Shown here piece by piece: positions 52,624 through 63,906 of a stretch of DNA of 64,000 nt (position 1 is its first letter; every line of letters starts with the position of its first letter). The DNA lies in contig JBPOJA010000026.1 of the NCBI GenBank assembly GCA_052034085.1, forward strand, positions 414 through 64,413, written 5' to 3'. This stretch comes from Bacillota bacterium. GTDB lineage: Bacteria > Bacillota > Clostridia > Peptostreptococcales > Anaerovoracaceae. Under the pieces are notes generated by a model that made no database searches, had not been told where the DNA came from, and saw only the letters and a program-made list of their open reading frames with translations. Both the position numbers and the translations under genes were made by a program.

Positions 52624-53598
52624 TCATTGCTTGAATCTGGCCCCTATGGCACACCATTCTCCTTCTTCCATAATCTTGTCTATAATGAAGCCGGCATCCA
52701 GCAGGCTTTTTACAATTTCGTCCTCTTTCTCAATCAGGATGCCTGAAGATATGAAGACTCCGTTTTCTTTAAGGTTTGGCCTGACCAGTGGGGCAAGCCT
52801 GATAACCAGGTCTGCCATCAGGTTGGCCACAACTATATCCGCCACAAATTCCACACCCTCATTTAGATCGCCTTTGATTATGGTGATTTTTTCTTCCTGG
52901 CCATTTCTTTTTATATTTTCCATGGCAACTGGTATGGCAACCGGATTAATTTCAATACCCAGTACTTCTTGCGCCCCAAGAAGAGCTGCCGCCAGGCTTA
53001 ATATGCCCGAACCGGCTCCAATGTCAAGCACAGCCGGGCCATTCAGCGAACTGCTCTTCTCACCCTGCCCCGGGTTTCCGGCAAAGCCGGCTTTCATGTA
53101 TTCTTCCATGAGTTCAATGCAAAGCCTGCTGGTGGGATGATCGCCGGTTCCAAAAGCCATACCGGGATCCAGATCAATTACCAATTCGCCTGCTGCCGCC
53201 CGGTATTCCTCCCAGCTGGGCCTGACAACTATTTTTTCGGTAATGTGAACCGGTTTGAAATACTCTTTCCATTTATGCTGCCAGTCATCAGAGTCCGCCG
53301 GAGAAATTTCAACTTTTTCAGGCCGGAAAGGCCGTAATGTTTCCAAAGCTTCATCCAGAAGTTCCAGACCTTTTTCGCTGTCTTCCAGATAAAACTCAAT
53401 GCCGGGTTCCATATTCCTGATAGCCTCCACTGAAGGATCAATATAGTCCCAGTCATACTCATTCTTTTTCCGGACAAGTTCATTAAAGGAGCCCGGATCG
53501 TGGATTTCCGATCCTGTTTCGATAGCTTCGAATATAGCTCCCGCCATGTCTTCTAAACTGTTGCTCTTGGCATATACTTTGATTTTTATATAGTTCAT
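52624..53598 (-). CDS. prmA: Ribosomal protein L11 methyltransferase
   Basis: The start is taken at ATG 53598 (MNYIKIKVY...); the ORF-track extension translates the palindromic repeat. The motifs are FGTGDHPTT-like (FGTGDHPTS) and LDIGAGSGILS. Confidence 0.9.
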   Translation of the reverse strand: MNYIKIKVYAKSNSLEDMAGAIFEAIETGSEIHDPGSFNELVRKKNEYDWDYIDPSVEAIRNMEPGIEFYLEDSEKGLELLDEALETLRPFRPEKVEISPADSDDWQHKWKEYFKPVHITEKIVVRPSWEEYRAAAGELVIDLDPGMAFGTGDHPTSRLCIELMEEYMKAGFAGNPGQGEKSSSLNGPAVLDIGAGSGILSLAAALLGAQEVLGIEINPVAIPVAMENIKRNGQEEKITIIKGDLNEGVEFVADIVVANLMADLVIRLAPLVRPNLKENGVFISSGILIEKEDEIVKSLLDAGFIIDKIMEEGEWCAIGARFKQ

Positions 53599-53610
53599 TT
53601 TTTGCCTACT

Positions 53611-53680
53611 GAATGACAGGGAATGACAGGGGGACAGCCCTTTTGACACATGTCAAAAGGGCTGTCCCCCTGTCATGTCA
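53611..53680. repeat. GACAG palindromic element, locus 4
   Basis: GAATGACAGGGAATGACAGGGGGACAGCCCTTTTGACACATGTCAAAAGGGCTGTCCCCCTGTCATGTCATT. It starts directly after the dnaJ TAA and ends 13 nt before the prmA ATG. Confidence 0.9.
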
Positions 53681-54835
53681 TTATTTAAACAAATCTTTCA
53701 CTGCGCCGGCAAAGCTTTTCTTCTTTGTATAAGAATCATCGGTCAGGCCGGCGCCCATATCTTTAATAAGATTCTTCTGCCTGGCGTTCAGCTTGGTGGG
53801 CACTTCCAGTTTCACTTTTATATAAAGGTCACCCACCCTGCTGCTTCTCACACTCTTAACACCTTTGCCTTTCAGGCGGAATATGGTGTCAGGCTGGGTT
53901 CCCTCAGGAACCTTATAGCTGACCTTTTCCTTCATAGTCGGAACAACTATATCTGCTCCCAGAGCTGCCTGGTCAAAGGTTATGGGGATCTCAAGCCAGA
54001 GGTCGTTACCTTCACGCCTGAAGAGCTTGTGGGGCTCAACGGAGATTACCACATAAAGGTCGCCTGCCGGGCCTCCGTTCTTGCCCGGCTCTCCCTGGCC
54101 CTTGATGGAAATTACAGAATCATTGTCCACGCCTGCCGGAACTTCCACGGCTATAGTCACCTGTTTTTTCAGCTTGCCTTTGCCGTTGCAGAGCTTGCAG
54201 GGATCCTCCACGACTTCTCCGGTACCTTCACAGGTGGGGCAGGATTGAACGTTTACAAACTGGCCAAAAGGCGTTCTCTGAGTACTCCTTACCTCTCCGC
54301 TTCCTCCGCAGGTGGGACAGGTTTTCTTGCCGGAACCTTTGCTGGCACCGGTGCCCTTGCAGCCTTCACAGATAACGGTCTTTGTAATCTTTAAATTCTT
54401 CTTGGCACCGAAAACAGCCTCTTCAAAAGTAATTCTGAGACCTTTCTGCAGATCTGCACCCCTTTGAGGGCCTGTTCTCCTGGGCTGGCCGTAGCCGGCT
54501 GCTCCGCCGAACATGCTGCCGAAAATATCGCCGAATATGTCCTCAAAACCACCGGCTCCGCCAAAACCGCCAAAGCCGCCGGCCCCGCCGAATCCCGCAC
54601 TGGGATCTACGCCGGCGTGGCCGAATCTGTCATACTTATCCTTTTGCTTAGGATCCGATAAAATACCGTAGGCCTCATTTACTTCCTTAAACTTTTCCTC
54701 CGCAGTCTTGTCTCCGGGGTTCCTGTCAGGATGATATTCCATAGCCTTCTTTCTGAAGGCCGATTTAATCTCATCCTCACTGGCGCCCTTCTTTATGCCA
54801 AGGACTTCGTAATAATCTCTCTTTTGTTCTGCCAT
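53681..54835 (-). CDS. dnaJ: Chaperone DnaJ
   Basis: 384 aa with a J-domain (YHPDRNP), a G/F region and four CxxCxGxG zinc motifs. Confidence 0.95.
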   Translation of the reverse strand: MAEQKRDYYEVLGIKKGASEDEIKSAFRKKAMEYHPDRNPGDKTAEEKFKEVNEAYGILSDPKQKDKYDRFGHAGVDPSAGFGGAGGFGGFGGAGGFEDIFGDIFGSMFGGAAGYGQPRRTGPQRGADLQKGLRITFEEAVFGAKKNLKITKTVICEGCKGTGASKGSGKKTCPTCGGSGEVRSTQRTPFGQFVNVQSCPTCEGTGEVVEDPCKLCNGKGKLKKQVTIAVEVPAGVDNDSVISIKGQGEPGKNGGPAGDLYVVISVEPHKLFRREGNDLWLEIPITFDQAALGADIVVPTMKEKVSYKVPEGTQPDTIFRLKGKGVKSVRSSRVGDLYIKVKLEVPTKLNARQKNLIKDMGAGLTDDSYTKKKSFAGAVKDLFK

Positions 54836-54889
54836 GGGTATTCGTCTCCCGCTAAATTATCTTCCTTTATTATTTATTTTCAGCTTTCT

Positions 54890-56803
54890 TTAGTTTTCTT
54901 CGCTGCTTCCGTTTTCATCATCTTCCACTACTTCGAACTCCGCGTCAACCACATTGTCATGTTCGCCGGCTGAGGAAGCACCGCTTCCAAAGTCACCGCC
55001 GCCAAAGCTGTCGGCACCGCTTGGGTCAAAGCCGCCCTGGGCTCCCTGGGCTCCCTGGGCTCCCTGGGCCTGCTGATACAGTTTAGCAGAAATTGTGTGG
55101 AAATGCTCGGTTAATGCATCAGTTTTTGCTTTTATTTCTTCCAGTGTACCGTTTTCAAGCACAGCACTGAGGTCATCTTTTGCACTGACTATGGTGTCTT
55201 TTTCAGAATCTGACAGGCTGCCTTCCAGCTCCTTCAGTGATTTTTCCGTCTCGTAGATTAAGCTTTCAGCCTTGTTTCTGGCTTCAACCTCTTCTTTTCT
55301 TCTCCTGTCCTCTTCGGCAAACTGCTCAGCTTCTTTAACCTTCTGCTTGATTTCTTCATCGCTCAGTTTGGTTGATGAAGTTATGGTAATCCTCTGCTCC
55401 CTGCCTGTGCCCAGGTCTTTGGCACTGACGTTTACAATGCCGTTGGCGTCTATGTCAAAAGTAACTTCAATCTGGGGCACTCCTCTGGGTGCGGGAGGAA
55501 TTCCGCTGAGCTGAAATCTGCCTAAAGTAATGTTGCCGGCCGCCATTTCCCTTTCACCCTGCATTACGTGAATATCCACTGCGCTCTGGTTGTCTGCAGC
55601 CGTGGAGAAAATCTGGCTCTTCTTGGTAGGTATGGTTGTGTTTCTCTCGATCAGCCTGGTGGCAACTCCGCCCAGAGTCTCTATGGACAGGGACAGAGGT
55701 GTTACGTCCAGAAGAAGCACGTCCTTAACTTCACCGGTCAGAACTCCGGCCTGGATGGCCGCACCTATGGCAACACATTCGTCGGGGTTGATGCCCTTAA
55801 AAGGTTCTTTGCCTGTAATTTTCTTTACTGCATCCTGAACGGCTGGAATTCTTGTGGATCCCCCTACCAGAATAACTTTTTCCAGATCCGATGCGGTAAC
55901 GCCGGCATCAGCCATAGCCTTTTTCATGGGGTCAATGGTCTTCTCTACCAGATGGCTGGTAAGCTGGTCAAATTTCGCCCTGGTTATATCCATGTTCAGG
56001 TGCAAAGGACCTTCCGGATTAACCGTGATAAATGGCAGGTTTACGCTGGTGGTCTGGGCTGAGGACAATTCCTTTTTCGCCTTTTCCGCGGCTTCCTTCA
56101 GCCTCTGCAGAGCCATTTTGTCACTTCTCAGATCCACGCCATTTTCCTTGGCAAAGCTGTCTGCTATGAAATTTACCAGTGCATCGTCAAAGTCGTCGCC
56201 GCCAAGTTTATTGTTGCCGTTGGTGGCCAGAACTTCAAATACTCCGTCTCCAAGGTCCAGTATGGAAACGTCAAATGTGCCACCGCCAAGGTCATATACC
56301 AGAATCTTGTGGTTGGCACCGCTTTCTTTATCAAGACCGTAGGCCAAAGATGCCGCCGTGGGCTCATTTATAATTCTTTTTACGTCAAGACCTGCAATCT
56401 TTCCGGCATCGGCAGTTGCCTGCTTCTGACTGTCTGTGAAGTAAGCCGGCACCGTGATAACCGCCTCTGTAATTTTTTCACCCAGGTAGGCTTCTGCATC
56501 CTGCTTGAGTTTTGATAGTATCATTGCAGAAATATCCTGCGGTGTGTAGGTTTTGCCATCTATGGTAACTGTATAGTTGGTTCCCATTTCTCTCTTGATG
56601 GACATTACTGTTCTGGTGGGGTTGGTTATGGCCTGACGCTTGGCTGTCTCGCCTACCAGTCTTTCGCCATTTTTGGCAAATGCAACTATGGAGGGTGTAG
56701 TCCTGTTGCCTTCTGCGTTGGCTATTACAACGGGCTCTCCCCCTTCTAAAACGGATACTACCGAGTTTGTTGTTCCTAAATCAATTCCTATTACTTTTCC
56801 CAT
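54890..56803 (-). CDS. dnaK: Chaperone DnaK (Hsp70)
   Basis: 637 aa containing GIDLGTTNS and DLGGGTFD. Confidence 0.97.
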   Translation of the reverse strand: MGKVIGIDLGTTNSVVSVLEGGEPVVIANAEGNRTTPSIVAFAKNGERLVGETAKRQAITNPTRTVMSIKREMGTNYTVTIDGKTYTPQDISAMILSKLKQDAEAYLGEKITEAVITVPAYFTDSQKQATADAGKIAGLDVKRIINEPTAASLAYGLDKESGANHKILVYDLGGGTFDVSILDLGDGVFEVLATNGNNKLGGDDFDDALVNFIADSFAKENGVDLRSDKMALQRLKEAAEKAKKELSSAQTTSVNLPFITVNPEGPLHLNMDITRAKFDQLTSHLVEKTIDPMKKAMADAGVTASDLEKVILVGGSTRIPAVQDAVKKITGKEPFKGINPDECVAIGAAIQAGVLTGEVKDVLLLDVTPLSLSIETLGGVATRLIERNTTIPTKKSQIFSTAADNQSAVDIHVMQGEREMAAGNITLGRFQLSGIPPAPRGVPQIEVTFDIDANGIVNVSAKDLGTGREQRITITSSTKLSDEEIKQKVKEAEQFAEEDRRRKEEVEARNKAESLIYETEKSLKELEGSLSDSEKDTIVSAKDDLSAVLENGTLEEIKAKTDALTEHFHTISAKLYQQAQGAQGAQGAQGGFDPSGADSFGGGDFGSGASSAGEHDNVVDAEFEVVEDDENGSSEEN

Positions 56804-56878
56804 TTCTTTCTTCCTCCTGTGATTTCTGTTATCTGTATATCTTGTATCTCTATTTGTCCGATTAATTCCTTATTTAAT

Positions 56879-57451
56879 CTATTCGGCCACTATCACCATG
56901 GATGGTCTTATAACTTTCTTGTTCAGCATATAACCCTTTTGCAAAACTGTGGTTATGTGGCCCTTTTCTGTTTCATCCGTGCTTTCAGTCTGCACTGCAT
57001 GATGAAAGTTCGGATCAAATTCCTGGTTTTCCGTGGGAATTTCCTCCAGGCCGGATTTGGTCAGCACGCCCATAAGCTGCTTAAAAATCATCTCCATGCC
57101 CTCTTTCATTCCCGTGTCCGCTGTTTCCACCGCCAGGGCTCTGTCAAAATTATCTATAACGGCTAAAAGCTCCGTCATAATCTTTTCATTGGCATAGGAG
57201 TATATGTCGTTTTTCTCCTTGTCCACCCTACGCCTGAAGTTCTGGAAGTCGGCCGCCAGCCGCAAATACTTGGTGTTTAGTTCCTCCTCTTCCTGTGAAA
57301 GCTGGTCGTCTTTTGCCATCGTTTCATCTGATGATTCAACTTTTTCGTCTGTTTCACCGGCCGTCTTGGCCTCCTCTTCCGACTGTTCTGAAATATCCTC
57401 CAGATTGTCCATCAGATCTTTTTCTTCTGCCGCACCTTTTTTACTCTTCAT
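56879..57451 (-). CDS. grpE: Nucleotide exchange factor GrpE
   Basis: 190 aa. It has an acidic N-terminus, the motif RLAADFQNFRRR and the C-terminal segment GYMLNKKVIRPSMV. Confidence 0.9.
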   Translation of the reverse strand: MKSKKGAAEEKDLMDNLEDISEQSEEEAKTAGETDEKVESSDETMAKDDQLSQEEEELNTKYLRLAADFQNFRRRVDKEKNDIYSYANEKIMTELLAVIDNFDRALAVETADTGMKEGMEMIFKQLMGVLTKSGLEEIPTENQEFDPNFHHAVQTESTDETEKGHITTVLQKGYMLNKKVIRPSMVIVAE

Positions 57452-58490
57452 CCTCTTCTCCTTCTTCTCCGGTTATAAATGCCTCGTTTAAATGATCAGT
57501 CATATATTCCATAATCGAGGTTATCTGGCCGTACTGCATTCTTGTGGGGCCGATGACCCCCAGTCTGCCCACCAGCTTGCCGTCGATTTTATATGTAGCT
57601 GTGATTAAACTGCACTCCTTCAGGGTTTCGTCAATATTTTCCTCGCCTATGGTGATAATCACTCCCTTGTCCCTGTTAACCAGAACCCGGGGGAAATCCT
57701 TGCTGTTAATCATTTCAAGGAAAATTTTCGCCTTTTCTATGTCGTTGTATTCAGGCAGATTGAAAATATTCAGAAGCCCTTCCATGTAAAACTCTTCGTC
57801 CAGCATATTCTCCAAAGTCCTCATAAATCGAGGCATGATGGAGTCGGCCAGTTTGCTGAGTGCATCTATGTCAACTTCAAAGTTACGCACAATGTCCATT
57901 GTCAGTATGTCGGACAGCTTCTTGCCTTTGTAGTTGTGAGTCAGCACCTTTGCCAGCAGCTCCAGCTGGTCCTCTTTATATGGAACCTTGGGCTGGAGTA
58001 TGGTGTTGGTGGATTTGCCGCTTTCGGCAACAAGCACCAGAACCACACTGTTTTCATCTATGGGTACGATATTTACATACCTGAGCACATCCTCATGCTG
58101 GCTTGGCGTTACCGCAAAAGAGGTCAGGCTGGTAAGCTCCGACAGCAGTTTGGCCGCATGTTCAACAGTCTGGCTGAATTCATTGAGCTTGGTGTTCAGG
58201 TTGTTTCTGATCCGCTCTTTTTCCAACTTTGAAAGCTCATGCCTTTCCATAAGGCTGTCCACATACAGGCGGTAAGCTTTTGTGGACGGAACCCTGCCTG
58301 CCGATGTGTGAGGATGGGTCAGGAAGCCCATCTCCTCCAGATCAGCCATTTCGTTTCTTATGGTGGCGGGACTGATGCCCATTCCATACCTACGGGACAA
58401 GGTGCGGGATCCTACAGGCTCGGCGGAAACTATAAAATCCGTGATTATAGCCTGAAGAATCTTAAGTTTTCTTTCGTTTAAATCCATCAT
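57441..58490 (-). CDS. hrcA: Heat-inducible transcription repressor HrcA
   Basis: 349 aa opening with LNERKLKILQAIITDFIVSAEPVGSRTL. A CIRCE element lies upstream. Confidence 0.95.
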   Translation of the reverse strand: MMDLNERKLKILQAIITDFIVSAEPVGSRTLSRRYGMGISPATIRNEMADLEEMGFLTHPHTSAGRVPSTKAYRLYVDSLMERHELSKLEKERIRNNLNTKLNEFSQTVEHAAKLLSELTSLTSFAVTPSQHEDVLRYVNIVPIDENSVVLVLVAESGKSTNTILQPKVPYKEDQLELLAKVLTHNYKGKKLSDILTMDIVRNFEVDIDALSKLADSIMPRFMRTLENMLDEEFYMEGLLNIFNLPEYNDIEKAKIFLEMINSKDFPRVLVNRDKGVIITIGEENIDETLKECSLITATYKIDGKLVGRLGVIGPTRMQYGQITSIMEYMTDHLNEAFITGEEGEEDEE

Positions 58491-58513
58491 TTCCCTCCTC
58501 CCGTTTCATTTTA

Positions 58514-58540
58514 TTAGCACTCTTACCAAGTGAGTGCTAA
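58514..58540. promoter_or_regulatory. CIRCE operator
   Basis: TTAGCACTC-N9-GAGTGCTAA, a perfect match to the CIRCE consensus. Confidence 0.95.
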
Positions 58541-58549
58541 TCTAACAAT

Positions 58550-58578
58550 AATATACTACCCGAAAAGGCCCTTGTCAA
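58550..58578 (-). promoter_or_regulatory. Sigma-A promoter of the hrcA-grpE-dnaK-dnaJ operon
   Basis: The minus strand reads TTGACA-N17-TATATT, immediately upstream of CIRCE. Confidence 0.75.
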
Positions 58579-58584
58579 ACAGTT

Positions 58585-58872
58585 TTACGGGGTTTTTCTT
58601 TCCTCAAGATAATCAATTAATTTTTTGTGAAATTCGCATTTGAAAGAACAGAGTTTTTCAGTAATCCTCTGCCTTGTCCGGAGAGCTTTTCCCGTTCCGG
58701 GTATGTCAAAAAAGACGAATCCGTCCGCATACCAGAGATCTTCCCCCCTGGTGTTGTCCACAATGCGGCCATCCAGGCAGCTCATCAGCCAGTCCATGTC
58801 ATCTTCCTTGTCAATGTGGGCAAAGGGGGGTGTTTTAATTATTTCATCGTAATACTGCTTGTACTCTTTCAC
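58585..58872 (-). CDS. Hypothetical protein (95 aa)
   Basis: ORF with no recognisable motif, sitting between glpK and the hrcA promoter. Confidence 0.4.
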   Translation of the reverse strand: MKEYKQYYDEIIKTPPFAHIDKEDDMDWLMSCLDGRIVDNTRGEDLWYADGFVFFDIPGTGKALRTRQRITEKLCSFKCEFHKKLIDYLEERKTP

Positions 58873-58915
58873 TTTGCAGGCTCCTCCTTACAGTTTTGGG
58901 CTGCACGCAGGCTTC

Positions 58916-60394
58916 TCAAAAACTTCTTTTTACGGCATCGTGCCAGCCTTCCAGCAGTTCTTTTCTCTTTTGGATTTCCATGTCCGGCTCAAAAAAGCGT
59001 TCAACCTGGCGGTTGTTTTTTACATCATCAAGGCTTTTCCAGTAGCCGGTGGCCAGGCCTGCCATGTAGGCGGCGCCCAGGGCGGTGCTTTCTTTGTTTA
59101 CAGGTCTTTCCACCGCCGCACCGGTTATATCTGCCTGAAACTGCATTAGAAAATTGTTTTCAGAGGCGCCGCCGTCTGCTTTGACATTTGCCAGTTTTAT
59201 GCCGGCATCCTCCTCCATTGCATTTAAAACATCAACAGTCTGATAAGCGATGGCCTCAAGAGTTGCTCTGACCAGATGGTTTCTGCCCGTGCCTCTGCTG
59301 AGCCCTGTGATTGTTCCCCTGGCATAGGGATTCCAGTAAGGTGCCCCAAGACCCACAAAGGCCGGAACAAAATAGACTCCGCCGCTGTCCTCTACCTCCA
59401 TGGCCAGCTCTTCGGTTTCCTGGGCTGTCCTTATGAGTTTCAGCTCATCCCTCAACCACTGGACAGCGGCTCCTGCTATGAAAACAGAACCTTCCAGGGC
59501 ATAAGTGATGTTCTTTCCTATTTTCCAGCCAATGGTTGTCAGCAGCCCGTTTTTAGAGCTGACAGGCCTACCTCCAGTATTCATGAGGAGGAAACCTCCG
59601 GTGCCATAGGTATTTTTTGCATCGCCGGCATGAAAACAAGCCTGGCCAAACAAAGCAGCCTGCTGGTCCCCCACTGCCGAGCCTATGGGAATCTCTCCTC
59701 CGAAAATCAGCGGATCAGTGCTTCCGTATATAAAACTTGAATCCATAACCCGGGGCAGCATGCCTGCAGGAATTTGCAGGATTTCCAGCAGTTCTTCGTC
59801 CCATTTCAGTTCTTTAATATTGTAGAGCATGGTTCTGGCGGCATTGGAATAATCCGTTGCATGAACCCTGCCCTTAGTAAGATTCCAGATAAGCCAGCTG
59901 TCGATTGTTCCGAAAAGCAAATCGCCTCTTTCTGCTTTTGATCTTGCCCCCTCCACATTATCCAGTATCCATTTAATTTTGGTAGCCGAAAAATATGCAT
60001 CGATGGGGAGGCCGGTCTTTTCCCTGAACTTTTCTTCAAGGCCCTGCTTTTTCAGCTCATCGCAGTAATCAGCCGTGCGGCGGCACTGCCAGACAATGGC
60101 ATTGTAAACCGGTTTCCCGGTTGTCTTGTCCCAGACCACGGTGGTTTCCCTCTGGTTGGTAATGCCTATGGCTTCAATGTCATGAAATTCCACCCCTATG
60201 TGCCTCATGGCCTGTTGTGCCACCCCCACCTGAACCGCCCAGATCTCCATGGCGTCATGCTCCACCCAGCCGGGCCTGGGGTAGATCTGCTTAAACTCTC
60301 TTTGGGCAATGCTTACTATTTCACCCCTGTGGTTTACCAGCATGGCCCTCGATGAGGTAGTTCCCTGGTCGAAAGACATTATGTATTTTGACAT
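58916..60394 (-). CDS. glpK: Glycerol kinase
   Basis: The start is taken at ATG 60394 ([16 protein letters not shown]) after AGGTGA. FGGY-family motifs run throughout. Confidence 0.95.
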   Translation of the reverse strand: MSKYIMSFDQGTTSSRAMLVNHRGEIVSIAQREFKQIYPRPGWVEHDAMEIWAVQVGVAQQAMRHIGVEFHDIEAIGITNQRETTVVWDKTTGKPVYNAIVWQCRRTADYCDELKKQGLEEKFREKTGLPIDAYFSATKIKWILDNVEGARSKAERGDLLFGTIDSWLIWNLTKGRVHATDYSNAARTMLYNIKELKWDEELLEILQIPAGMLPRVMDSSFIYGSTDPLIFGGEIPIGSAVGDQQAALFGQACFHAGDAKNTYGTGGFLLMNTGGRPVSSKNGLLTTIGWKIGKNITYALEGSVFIAGAAVQWLRDELKLIRTAQETEELAMEVEDSGGVYFVPAFVGLGAPYWNPYARGTITGLSRGTGRNHLVRATLEAIAYQTVDVLNAMEEDAGIKLANVKADGGASENNFLMQFQADITGAAVERPVNKESTALGAAYMAGLATGYWKSLDDVKNNRQVERFFEPDMEIQKRKELLEGWHDAVKRSF

Positions 60395-60435
60395 TTCTTC
60401 ACCTGTTCCTTTTCTACAAAACAACTCTTTGCATA

Positions 60436-61629
60436 TTACACGAAATCCACCAGGACCCGGTTGAATAAATCCAGGCCGGCAAGGCTCAGTCTTATGGTCT
60501 TTTCATCGCTTTTCAGCAGCCCGGCTTTCACATTTTTCTCTATGGCCTCTCCGTACTTACTGTAAATATCCATGCCGAACCTCTGCTCAAAATCCTTTAT
60601 CTCTATTCCTTCCACTTTTCTCAGACCTGTAAACATATACTCCGCCAGTTCATCCTCCAATGTGTTTTTATGCACGGAGTCCATGAAATCCCCGCTCCCC
60701 ATGCCTTTAAGATACACATCAAGCTCTCTTACATTTTCACATCTGTGCCCGCTCAAGTATGAATGGGCACCCAAACCCAGCCCAAGATATTCCTCCATTG
60801 ACCAGTATTTCAGATTGTGACGGGACTGAAAGCCCGGCTTTGCGCAGTTGGATATCTCGTAATGGACATATCCTGCAGCTTTCAGCATTCCCACTGCCTT
60901 GTGATACATGGCTCTGTCCGTCTCCTCGTCAATTGCGTCAAGGAAGCCTGTATCAATCATTTCTTTCAAAGGCGTTCCCTCTTCAATCTGCAGTGCATAA
61001 AAAGAAATATGCTGAGGGTCCAGGCTTATGGTTTCACCCAGAGTCTTCTCCCAATCGCCCAGGGTCTGACCGGGAAGAGCAAAAATCAAATCCAGACTTA
61101 TATTTTTAAAGCCGGCATTTTTTGCCATTTCATATTTCCTGAGAAAAACTTCTCTGCTGTGGGCCCGCCCCAAGGTATTCAACATTTCATTGTTCAAACT
61201 TTGAACACCAATGCTTAGGCGGTTAATGCCCGCTTTCAGGTAGGCCTCCAGTTTCTCTTCCGTTATGGATTCGGGGTTGGCTTCTATGGTGATTTCCGGA
61301 AGTCCTTCTATTCTCCCGTCTCCCGCAAACGAAAAAGGTGTTCGCAGCTCATCCATTATTCTTGCTACATGGCCGGCATCAATAAAGGAGGGGGTTCCCC
61401 CTCCGATATACACTGTATCTATATAATAGTTGTCTGCGGCAAAATGCAGGCTTTCACGGGTAAATCCGGCTTTGAAACTTCCGATCTGCCTGCTAAGGGC
61501 ATCAATGTAGGTGGCAACCGCATCTTTTCCAGGATCCTGAAAAGAGAGAAAATCGCAGTAACTGCAGCGGTGCACGCAAAAAGGAATATGAATATAGAGG
61601 CCCAAAGGCTTTTTATTTGTTGTCGTCAT
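60436..61629 (-). CDS. hemW: Radical SAM heme chaperone / oxygen-independent coproporphyrinogen-III oxidase-like protein
   Basis: The start is taken at ATG 61629 ([27 protein letters not shown]), overlapping the lepA 3' end by 17 nt. The longer ORF-track version is unlikely. Confidence 0.85.
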   Translation of the reverse strand: MTTTNKKPLGLYIHIPFCVHRCSYCDFLSFQDPGKDAVATYIDALSRQIGSFKAGFTRESLHFAADNYYIDTVYIGGGTPSFIDAGHVARIMDELRTPFSFAGDGRIEGLPEITIEANPESITEEKLEAYLKAGINRLSIGVQSLNNEMLNTLGRAHSREVFLRKYEMAKNAGFKNISLDLIFALPGQTLGDWEKTLGETISLDPQHISFYALQIEEGTPLKEMIDTGFLDAIDEETDRAMYHKAVGMLKAAGYVHYEISNCAKPGFQSRHNLKYWSMEEYLGLGLGAHSYLSGHRCENVRELDVYLKGMGSGDFMDSVHKNTLEDELAEYMFTGLRKVEGIEIKDFEQRFGMDIYSKYGEAIEKNVKAGLLKSDEKTIRLSLAGLDLFNRVLVDFV

Positions 61630-63424
61630 ACTTGAGCACCGCAGTAAAAGCTTCCTGGGGAACTTCCACACTGCCGAAGCGACGCATCCTTTTCTTGCCT
61701 TCCTTCTGCTTCTCCAGCAGTTTCTTTTTACGGGAAATGTCGCCACCGTAACACTTGGCTATTACGTCCTTCCTGACGGCCTTAACGGTTTCCCTGGCTA
61801 TCACCTTCTGGCCAATGGATGCCTGAATGGGAATTTCAAACTGATGTTTGGGTATTATCTCCTTCAGTTTTTCACAGACGAAGCGTCCTCTTGAATAGGC
61901 CTTTGACTCATGGACTATCATGGAAAATGCATCCACCAGCTCCTTGTTAAGCAAAATATCCAGTTTCACCAGATTGGATTTCTGATAACGCAAAAGCTCA
62001 TAATCCAAAGAACCGTAGCCCCTGGTTTTGGATTTAAGGGCATCGAAGAAGTCATAGATTACCTCATTTAAAGGCATCTCATAGTGAAGGGCAACCCTGT
62101 TTTCTGTAATATATTCCATATGGGTCATGGTGCCCCGTCTTTCCTGACAGATTTCCATTATTCCGCCCACATAATCATTGGGAATCATGATATCCGCTTT
62201 TACTATAGGCTCTTCAATATGGTCTATTTCCACCTGCGGCGGCAGGTTTGAAGGATTCTGTATCATCAGCTCTGTGCCGTCGGTTTTTACTACTTTGTAT
62301 ATTACACTGGGGGAAGTGGTTACTATGGCCAGGTCAAACTCCCGTTCCAGACGTTCAACTATGATTTCCATATGCAAAAGGCCCAAAAATCCGCACCTGA
62401 AACCAAAGCCCAGAGCTGTTGAAGTTTCCGGCTCAAACAGGAAGGCCGCATCGTTGACCTGGAGCTTTTCCAGGGCATCTCTTATACTTTCGTATTTTTC
62501 ACCTTCGGCAGGGTATATGCCGCAATAAACCATGGACTGCATCTTCTTATAACCTGGGAAAGGTTTATCGGTAGGATCTTTGTCCAGGGTAATGGTGTCA
62601 CCCACCCTTGCATCGGCTACCTGCTTGATGCTGGCGCTTATGTATCCAACCTCTCCTGCTTTCAATTCAGCAACGGGAGTATGACCGGGTGCAAAAACTC
62701 CAACCTCGGTTACTTCGTATTTTTTATTTGTGGACATGAGGCGTATAGTGTCGCCGGCTTTCACGCTGCCGTCAAACACTCTGGTGTATATGACCACCCC
62801 TCTGTAGTTATCGTAATAGGAATCAAAAATCAGGGCCTTCAGTCTGCCTTCGGGATCCCCTTTTGGAGGGGGTATAACCTCAATGACTTTCTCAAGAAGG
62901 TCCTCAATGCCTATGCCTTCCTTGGCGGAAATCAGAGGAGCTCCGCCAGCATCAATTCCTATAACCTCCTCTATCTCAGCTTTTGCCGCATCGGGGTCGG
63001 CGCTGGGCAGATCTATCTTGTTTATAACGGGGAGGATTTCAAGTTCTTCATCCAGCGCCAGATATACATTGGCCAGAGTCTGAGCCTCCACTCCCTGGGT
63101 GGCATCCACCACCAGAACAGCTCCTTCACAGGCAGCAAGGCTCCTGGAAACTTCATAGGTAAAGTCCACATGTCCCGGAGTATCGATGAGATTGAAAATG
63201 TACTCCTTTCCGTCCCCGGCTCTGTATGTGAGCCTGGTGGTCTGGAGTTTGATGGTTATGCCTCTCTCCCTTTCAATATCCATGTTGTCCAGAAACTGGT
63301 CCTTCATATCCCTTTGCTGAACCAGGCCTGTATGTTCCAGAAGTCTGTCGGCAAGGGTTGATTTTCCATGGTCTATGTGGGCAATTATACTGAAATTTCT
63401 TATGCGGTCCTGATAGCTGTTCAT
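61613..63424 (-). CDS. lepA: Elongation factor 4
   Basis: 603 aa containing [20 protein letters not shown] and DTPGHVDF, with a LepA C-terminal domain. Confidence 0.97.
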   Translation of the reverse strand: MNSYQDRIRNFSIIAHIDHGKSTLADRLLEHTGLVQQRDMKDQFLDNMDIERERGITIKLQTTRLTYRAGDGKEYIFNLIDTPGHVDFTYEVSRSLAACEGAVLVVDATQGVEAQTLANVYLALDEELEILPVINKIDLPSADPDAAKAEIEEVIGIDAGGAPLISAKEGIGIEDLLEKVIEVIPPPKGDPEGRLKALIFDSYYDNYRGVVIYTRVFDGSVKAGDTIRLMSTNKKYEVTEVGVFAPGHTPVAELKAGEVGYISASIKQVADARVGDTITLDKDPTDKPFPGYKKMQSMVYCGIYPAEGEKYESIRDALEKLQVNDAAFLFEPETSTALGFGFRCGFLGLLHMEIIVERLEREFDLAIVTTSPSVIYKVVKTDGTELMIQNPSNLPPQVEIDHIEEPIVKADIMIPNDYVGGIMEICQERRGTMTHMEYITENRVALHYEMPLNEVIYDFFDALKSKTRGYGSLDYELLRYQKSNLVKLDILLNKELVDAFSMIVHESKAYSRGRFVCEKLKEIIPKHQFEIPIQASIGQKVIARETVKAVRKDVIAKCYGGDISRKKKLLEKQKEGKKRMRRFGSVEVPQEAFTAVLKYDDNK

Positions 63425-63449
63425 AGGTCCTCCTTTACAAGCTCACTAA

Positions 63450-63478
63450 TTGTAGCATATTTTTATTTTTGATACAAT
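63450..63478 (+). promoter_or_regulatory. Sigma-A promoter of rpsT
   Basis: TTGTAG-N17-TACAAT with an extended-10 TG (TGaTACAAT). Confidence 0.55.
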
Positions 63479-63547
63479 TGGCCTTGCATTTCCTTTTTCC
63501 ATAATATATACTTCATTAGGCTATATTCATGAAAGTGGGGTGAAAAT

Positions 63548-63817
63548 ATGGCAAACATTAAATCTGCTAAGAAAAGAATAGGCGTCATAGCAAGGAAAAC
63601 AGCGGCAAACAAGAGGGTGAAAAACCATCTTAAGGAGATTGTCAAAAGCTATGACAAGGCCATTGCAGACAAGGATTTAAGCCTTGCCCAGGAAAAGCTG
63701 GCTCTGGCAGAAAAGAAACTGATGCAGGCCGCGTCAAAAGGAACCATTCACAAGAATGCCGCTTCCAGAAAAGTTTCAAGAATGACCGTGAAGCTGAACA
63801 AGGCAAAGGCTGAGTAA
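63548..63817 (+). CDS. rpsT: 30S ribosomal protein S20
   Basis: 89 aa opening with MANIKSAKKRIGVIARKTAANKRVK. Confidence 0.95.
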   Translation: MANIKSAKKRIGVIARKTAANKRVKNHLKEIVKSYDKAIADKDLSLAQEKLALAEKKLMQAASKGTIHKNAASRKVSRMTVKLNKAKAE

Positions 63818-63838
63818 TCTCACCCGTCCCCACAGAAT

Positions 63839-63872
63839 AAAAGCCGGATGTGTCTCCCGGCTTTTTTTATTT
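63839..63872 (+). terminator. Rho-independent terminator of rpsT
   Basis: AGCCGG-N9-CCGGCT followed by TTTTTTTATTTTTT. Confidence 0.8.
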
Positions 63873-63906
63873 TTTGTATTTTTTCAAGCCGGCGCAGCCT
63901 GCGCCC

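Noticed and set aside
52325-53140. Long antisense ORFs inside well-supported genes (for example 52325..53140+, 53675..54394+, 62681..63361+, 17319..17861+, 42320..42988+, 19113..19736+).
   Set aside because: They lie entirely opposite strongly recognisable genes (prmA/rsmE, dnaJ, lepA, crotonase, glyQS, activase). Their composition is low-complexity or Ser/Pro/Leu-rich, typical of antisense frames, and they lack RBSs.
63463-63645. A 60-aa hydrophobic minus-strand ORF overlapping the rpsT start.
   Set aside because: It overlaps the rpsT promoter and 5' coding region in antisense, has no RBS, and its hydrophobicity derives from the T-rich antisense of an A-rich gene.
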